From Candidatus Latescibacterota bacterium (GTDB lineage: Bacteria; Latescibacterota; UBA2968; GCA-2709665), in contig OZ244744.1 of NCBI GenBank assembly GCA_965219455.1, positions 3,584,001 to 3,648,000 of the forward strand: a DNA stretch of 64,000 nucleotides. The letters are read 5' to 3'. A model generated the notes under the pieces. The model was given only the letters and a program-made list of their open reading frames with translations, searched no databases and was not told where the DNA came from. This document shows, piece by piece, positions 59,167 through 64,000 of this stretch (positions within the stretch are counted from its first letter, which is position 1; each line of letters opens with the position of its first letter). The translations under genes and the position numbers were made by a program.

Positions 59167-60465
59167 GTGGAAAACACGTACGCTAAGGAGTCCGGCATGG
59201 ACCCGAACAGACGCGACGTTCTTGAGAGGTACCTGTCTCGAGACTGGTATTCGGAAAAGGCGAGACAGGTTAAGTTGGAGCGATACCTGGATTGGATGGG
59301 CCGCCAGGAGAGACCGCCCATGCGGGTTGCCGGGCCCGACAGGGGCGCCGGTGTCTTGAACGTGGGGGTGGTCGGCCTGGGACGAGGCCGGTTCATGGCA
59401 AGCTTATGCAACCTGATGGACCAGAGTCGAACGGTGGCCGTATGCGACGAAGTCGCGGACCTGGCGGAATACGTCGCTGAAGAACAGGACGTTCCGAAGT
59501 CGTACGTGGATTTCGAAGAAATGCTAAGGGACGACGAGGTCCGGGTGGTTGTCGTGGAAACGGGCACGGACAGGCATGGTGAGCACGCGATCCAGGCGCT
59601 GCAGGCAGGCAAGCACGTCTTTGTGGAAATGCCCGTTGCCGTTACACTGGAGGAATGCAGGGCGATCGTCGATTTGAGCGAGGTCACCGGCCTGAAGGTG
59701 CAGATGGGCAATCAGTTGCGGTGGTACAACCGGTACGAGTCCCTCAAGAAACTGTGCATGGAAGAGGAGTTCGGCAAGATCCAGTACGTGGAGGCGGAGT
59801 ACAACTGCGACTACCGGTGGCGGAAGCGGTTCTGGGTGAACCGTGAGCGCGAGGTGGGCATGCCGGCCGACCGGGGATGCGCAGGGGGAATCGAGCCGCC
59901 GCTTAACGCGGCGGTGCATACCACGTTCGACACGTCGCGCTGGCTGCTGGGTGACGAGCAGATTGTCGAAGTGGAAGCCTTCGGGATGCGCGGCACGAGC
60001 TTCGCCGAAGGCACCCCGGAGCTGGGCTTTGGCGCGAAAACCGGCGATGGCTTCGACAGCGCGGTGGCGCTGATGAAGAGCGAGAGCGGGGTGATCATCA
60101 AAGCGCTGCAGAGCTACGGATTCCGCCGCCCCCACCTGAATTATCTCGCCCTTTACGGCACGTTGGGATGTTACGAAGGCGAGCGGCGCAACGAGGCCGG
60201 ATCCGGATACGTTCACCTTCCCCACCGGTTCCTGAATACCGTGGAATCGGGCGATGGCTGGATGGAACTGCCTCTTGTAACGGGATCCGGACCCGGTCAT
60301 CAGGGGGCGGAATTCGATATGATGCTGGATTTCTTCGACGCGATCGTCCGCGACCGCCGCCCACTCATCGACGCGGTCCAGGCCGCGCGGTCGTGCGCGC
60401 CGGCGATCTGCGGCGAGCAGGCGGCTGCCCAGGGCGCGCGGGTTCAGGTTCCGCAGTTTCCTTAG
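59167..60465 (+). CDS. Gfo/Idh/MocA family oxidoreductase
   Basis: VGVVGLGRG, VAVCD, AGKHVFVEMP, GHQGAE. Confidence 0.92.
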   Translation: MENTYAKESGMDPNRRDVLERYLSRDWYSEKARQVKLERYLDWMGRQERPPMRVAGPDRGAGVLNVGVVGLGRGRFMASLCNLMDQSRTVAVCDEVADLAEYVAEEQDVPKSYVDFEEMLRDDEVRVVVVETGTDRHGEHAIQALQAGKHVFVEMPVAVTLEECRAIVDLSEVTGLKVQMGNQLRWYNRYESLKKLCMEEEFGKIQYVEAEYNCDYRWRKRFWVNREREVGMPADRGCAGGIEPPLNAAVHTTFDTSRWLLGDEQIVEVEAFGMRGTSFAEGTPELGFGAKTGDGFDSAVALMKSESGVIIKALQSYGFRRPHLNYLALYGTLGCYEGERRNEAGSGYVHLPHRFLNTVESGDGWMELPLVTGSGPGHQGAEFDMMLDFFDAIVRDRRPLIDAVQAARSCAPAICGEQAAAQGARVQVPQFP

Positions 60466-61003
60466 GAAAACGTGTCGTTCTGTACCGGAACCGGATTGCC
60501 GAGATTCGTCCGACCGGAAGCAGCAGAAACAGCTATCAGCTCACAGCCGTCAGCTTGAATCAATAACCCAATCAGTTGGCGTCAGTGCCATGACCTCTCC
60601 CCCGGCTACTCGCCTCCGGCGGGGGATGAAAAAAAAGGGAAAAACCAAATTCAACATCCACATCTCCCCAATTTCCCTGCCTACGGCGTGTTCCTTTTGA
60701 AGCGACCAAAAGGAACCAAAAGTCGCCGCTGGGCGCGGGGCCTGCCATATGCACAGCGCGAATAACCTCACGGGACGCACATGATGTGCTGCCCTGCAAG
60801 CGAAGGTGGATACCGCAATTCGTTGCGCAACGGAACAGCGCGCTCTGCTCTGGGAGTGCTCGCCAGGAACCTCGCGTTCGACAACCGAATGCCTATCTGA
60901 GGGCAAGGGAATAGGGGACGTTAGGGGGTGGTGGAGATTCCAACTCTCGCATCGCGCTGGAGTCATGTCGCCCCTCACATATTTCAACGAACAATCCTTC
61001 CGC

Positions 61004-62725
61004 ATGGTCCATTCGACCCACGCAGTTTACGGCATCTTGCTTCTCCTGATCCTTCGGGGCCCAGCGTTGTACGCGGATTCGCCGCGATTCGTTGACGTTA
61101 CGGCGTCATCGGGCATCGACTTCCGGCACGTCCACGGGGGGACGGGCAAGAAGTATTTCGTGGAGACGATGGGGTCAGGGGTCGCGTTTCTGGACTACAA
61201 CAACGACGGCCGGCTGGACGTATTCGCCGTCAACGGAGGGGCGTTGCCCGGCTATGCCGGACCGCCCCCGAGGAACCGGCTGTACCGGAACGCCGGCGCG
61301 GGCGCCTTCTCCGACGTGACGGGGTTCGCGGGAGTGGGAGAAACGGCCTACGGCATGGGCGTCTGCGTGGGCGACTTCGACAACGACGCGCACGACGACC
61401 TCTACGTGACGTGCTACGGGCCGAACAGCCTGTTCCAAAACAACGGAGACGGGACGTTTACGGGCGTGGCGGACCGGGCCGGTGTCTCCGGGGATTCCGC
61501 CTGGAGCGTGGGATGCGCCTTCCTGGATTACGACGCGGATGGATTTCTGGATCTGTACGTGGCCAACTACGTCGCCTACTCGATCTCCTCCCCGGAAACC
61601 GGGTTAAGGCCCTACGCTGCCCGTTCCGCGAGTCCATCGGTGGATGCCAGGTTTTATCCCCACCCCGACAACTTCGAGGGGGCGGCCGATCGTCTGTATC
61701 GCAACAACGGGGACGGGACGTTTACGGACGTGACGGACCGGGCGGGCGTCTTTAATCCCGCGGGCAAGGGGATGGGGATGTCGTGCGGCGACGTCGACGG
61801 CGACGGAACCGTGGATATCTTCGTAGCCAACGATATGACGCCCAATTTTCTCTACCTGAATCGAGGCGACGGAAGTTTTGTGGAGAGGGGTCTTCTGTCT
61901 GGGGTGGCCTACAGCGGATCGGGCGACCTGCAGTCCAGTATGGGCGCGGACTTCGGCGATTTCAACCGGGACGGCCGCATGGATCTGGCCGTAACCAATT
62001 TCCGGCTTGAGGGCGCCGGGCTCTTCCGAAACGAGGGGGTCGGACTCTTTACGGACATTTCTTCGATATCCGGGATCAGGACCCCCACGATTCCCCACGT
62101 GGGCTGGGGTCTCGGGTTTCTGGACTACGACAACGACGGTTGGTCCGACCTTCTGATGGTACACGGCCACGTGCTCGACAACGCAGACCGCGTGGGAAGC
62201 GTCTACCGACAGCCCGCCATCCTGTTCCGCAACACGGGAGACGGGCGGTTCGTCGACGTGACCCGCGAAGTGAAGGACGATCTGTCCAGGCCTGGCGCCA
62301 GCCGGGGCGCCGCCTTGGGGGATTACGACAACGACGGGGACGTGGACGTTTTCATTCTTACGGTGAACGGCGCCGCCCGGCTCCTGAGAAACGAGGTCCG
62401 CAACCGGAACCGCTGGCTGAGGGTGAAGCTGATCGGAGCCGCTCGGGAGCATCCGAAGCATTCAAAAGGCGTCACGCGTCTGTCCAACCGCAACGGTATC
62501 GGTGCGCGCGTGACGGTATGGGCCGGTGGCCGCCAGCAGATCCGAGAGGTTCAAAGCGGATCAAGCTATCTGTCCCAGAACGACTTCCGTCTCCACTTCG
62601 GGCTCGGTCAGTACGCAACGGTCGATTCTGTCAAGGTTCGATGGCCCGGTGGCACGGTGGATCGGCTCGGGAGCTCTGCGGTCGATCGGGAGATCATCGT
62701 AAGGGAAGGAGAGTCGGATCGATGA
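61004..62725 (+). CDS. CRTAC1-family protein (FG-GAP/VCBS repeats + ASPIC/UnbV)
   Basis: Signal-like N-terminus; repeated DYNNDG/DFDND/DYDNDG; NRNGIGARV, SGSSYLSQND..LHFGLG, V.WPGG. Confidence 0.92.
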   Translation: MVHSTHAVYGILLLLILRGPALYADSPRFVDVTASSGIDFRHVHGGTGKKYFVETMGSGVAFLDYNNDGRLDVFAVNGGALPGYAGPPPRNRLYRNAGAGAFSDVTGFAGVGETAYGMGVCVGDFDNDAHDDLYVTCYGPNSLFQNNGDGTFTGVADRAGVSGDSAWSVGCAFLDYDADGFLDLYVANYVAYSISSPETGLRPYAARSASPSVDARFYPHPDNFEGAADRLYRNNGDGTFTDVTDRAGVFNPAGKGMGMSCGDVDGDGTVDIFVANDMTPNFLYLNRGDGSFVERGLLSGVAYSGSGDLQSSMGADFGDFNRDGRMDLAVTNFRLEGAGLFRNEGVGLFTDISSISGIRTPTIPHVGWGLGFLDYDNDGWSDLLMVHGHVLDNADRVGSVYRQPAILFRNTGDGRFVDVTREVKDDLSRPGASRGAALGDYDNDGDVDVFILTVNGAARLLRNEVRNRNRWLRVKLIGAAREHPKHSKGVTRLSNRNGIGARVTVWAGGRQQIREVQSGSSYLSQNDFRLHFGLGQYATVDSVKVRWPGGTVDRLGSSAVDREIIVREGESDR

Positions 62726-64000
62726 ATCCTGGGAGCATGGTCTGGCGCGCCGCTGTCCTGTGCGGGATGCTTTTCGGGGCGCTTTCCGATCCGCCGGCGC
62801 TGGCCAACCGCGCGAGGGAAATCCGGTACATCGGGCCGCCGTTGAGCACGTTGAACAGCTATCTGTATACGGGGGGGATGTACGCGCAGATCACGCTGGG
62901 CACGAAAGAGGGCCTGGTTCAACTGGGCCCGGAGGGAGGGCTGATTCCGGCCCAGGCCGAGCGCTGGGAGGTATCCGAAGACAGGCTGTCCTATACGTTC
63001 GTTCTGCGGCGGGACAACCGCTGGTACGACGGCACGACAGTGACCGCACGGGACTACAGGGCCGCGTTCATCTATCAGATGGAACCGGGTCGCGAGAGCA
63101 AGTGGATCTGGGACACGCCGTTGCAGTACGTGATCAAGGCCCTGGACTTCAGGAACGGCGCCGCTCGAGAGGAGGAGGTGGGTGTGGACGTGCTGGACGA
63201 CTACACCCTGCGGTTCCGCCTGGCGAGGCCGTACCCCGCGTTCCTGAACGCAATGGTCACCGGAAGCATGTTTCCGATCCACCGTGGCTCCCTGGAAAAA
63301 AACGGAGACGCGTGGCACAAGCTGCCCAACTACCAGGGCAACGGACCGTACAGGATCGTGGAGTGGGAACTCAATTCCCATGTCATCCTCGAACCGAATC
63401 CGCAATACAACTTGCGGCGAGGCAATCTCGAGCGGATCTACAGCCGATTCGCGGGCAGACCCCTCGAGGGGTATCAGAGCGGCGAGATCGACTTCGCACT
63501 CCTGCAATCGATCGCCGATATCTACTACGCCAAACACCATCCGGCGCTGAGCGGTGAACTGGTCTGGACGCCCACGAGCGGGCTTTCCTACGTTAGATTC
63601 CTGTTTTCCGAAAATCCGGTTTACTGGGACGCCCGGGTGCGGCGGGCGATCGCCCTCGGATTCGACAAGCGCCGGATTGTGGAGGCGATTTTTCTCGGGC
63701 GGGAGACGCCGATGAATATGCTGTCCACGCCTGCTATGCCGGATTGGGATCCTGAACTGGGGATGGGATTCGACCTGGACGAAGCCCGGCGGCTGCTGTC
63801 TGAGGCGGGGTATCCGGGTGGCAGGGGCATTCCCGAATCGGTGATTCTGATCCCATCGTACCTGGCGCCCGAGATGGTTTCGCAGTTCGTGGCGATTGCC
63901 GCCATGCTGGAAGAGAACCTGGGCATTCGGTTCAAGATCGACAATCAGGAACTGGGGGTGTACGCCGACAAACGGGTTTCCCTGAACCCGTCCGGGTATG
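62722..64000 (+). CDS. Peptide/nickel ABC transporter substrate-binding protein (family 5), partial
   Basis: ATGA overlap with previous stop; EGLV...IPAQAERWEVSED.LSYTF.LR...WYDG..VTA.D, GNGPYRI, EARRLLSEAGYPGG. Confidence 0.9.
   Translation, partial: MNPGSMVWRAAVLCGMLFGALSDPPALANRAREIRYIGPPLSTLNSYLYTGGMYAQITLGTKEGLVQLGPEGGLIPAQAERWEVSEDRLSYTFVLRRDNRWYDGTTVTARDYRAAFIYQMEPGRESKWIWDTPLQYVIKALDFRNGAAREEEVGVDVLDDYTLRFRLARPYPAFLNAMVTGSMFPIHRGSLEKNGDAWHKLPNYQGNGPYRIVEWELNSHVILEPNPQYNLRRGNLERIYSRFAGRPLEGYQSGEIDFALLQSIADIYYAKHHPALSGELVWTPTSGLSYVRFLFSENPVYWDARVRRAIALGFDKRRIVEAIFLGRETPMNMLSTPAMPDWDPELGMGFDLDEARRLLSEAGYPGGRGIPESVILIPSYLAPEMVSQFVAIAAMLEENLGIRFKIDNQELGVYADKRVSLNPSGY

Noticed and set aside
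1-64000. tRNA, rRNA, prophage structural genes or an island integrase
   Set aside because: None recognised by eye; tRNAscan-SE or Infernal would be needed to exclude small RNAs.

Overview
Bacterial genomic window, mostly GC-rich with AT-rich patches. Housekeeping blocks sit at both ends. Left (1-5917, minus strand): TolC / adaptor / AcrB-type RND efflux operon and the start of a PhyH-like dioxygenase. Right (53342-64000, plus strand): two Gfo/Idh/MocA oxidoreductases, two homocysteine S-methyltransferase-family proteins, a transglutaminase-like protein, an M14 peptidase, an FG-GAP/ASPIC-UnbV protein and a family-5 ABC solute-binding protein. Between them lies a ~47 kb defence/mobilome island, almost entirely on the minus strand. 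It carries an apparently intact Type ISP restriction-modification enzyme, a membrane pentapeptide-repeat protein, a Schlafen/AlbA_2 protein, an AVAST-like nuclease-STAND NTPase, an ABC-ATPase + PIN pair, several toxin-antitoxin modules, a class C group II intron inserted after a terminator, and many gene remnants. The 6-29 kb part is a patchwork of reused modules: 23-bp-period repeat arrays, a five-copy hairpin, wHTH gene tails with a variable-number repeat, and REP-like palindromes. The most unusual object is a ~1.7 kb element (45568-47273). It has no terminal inverted repeats, is bounded by TAG on both sides, has a hairpin at each end, and encodes a 509-aa protein with a Rep_trans-like YDK...RxE motif and a C-terminal winged helix. 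It is a candidate unclassified rolling-circle-type transposon. All family calls are from motif recognition by eye; no searches were run.
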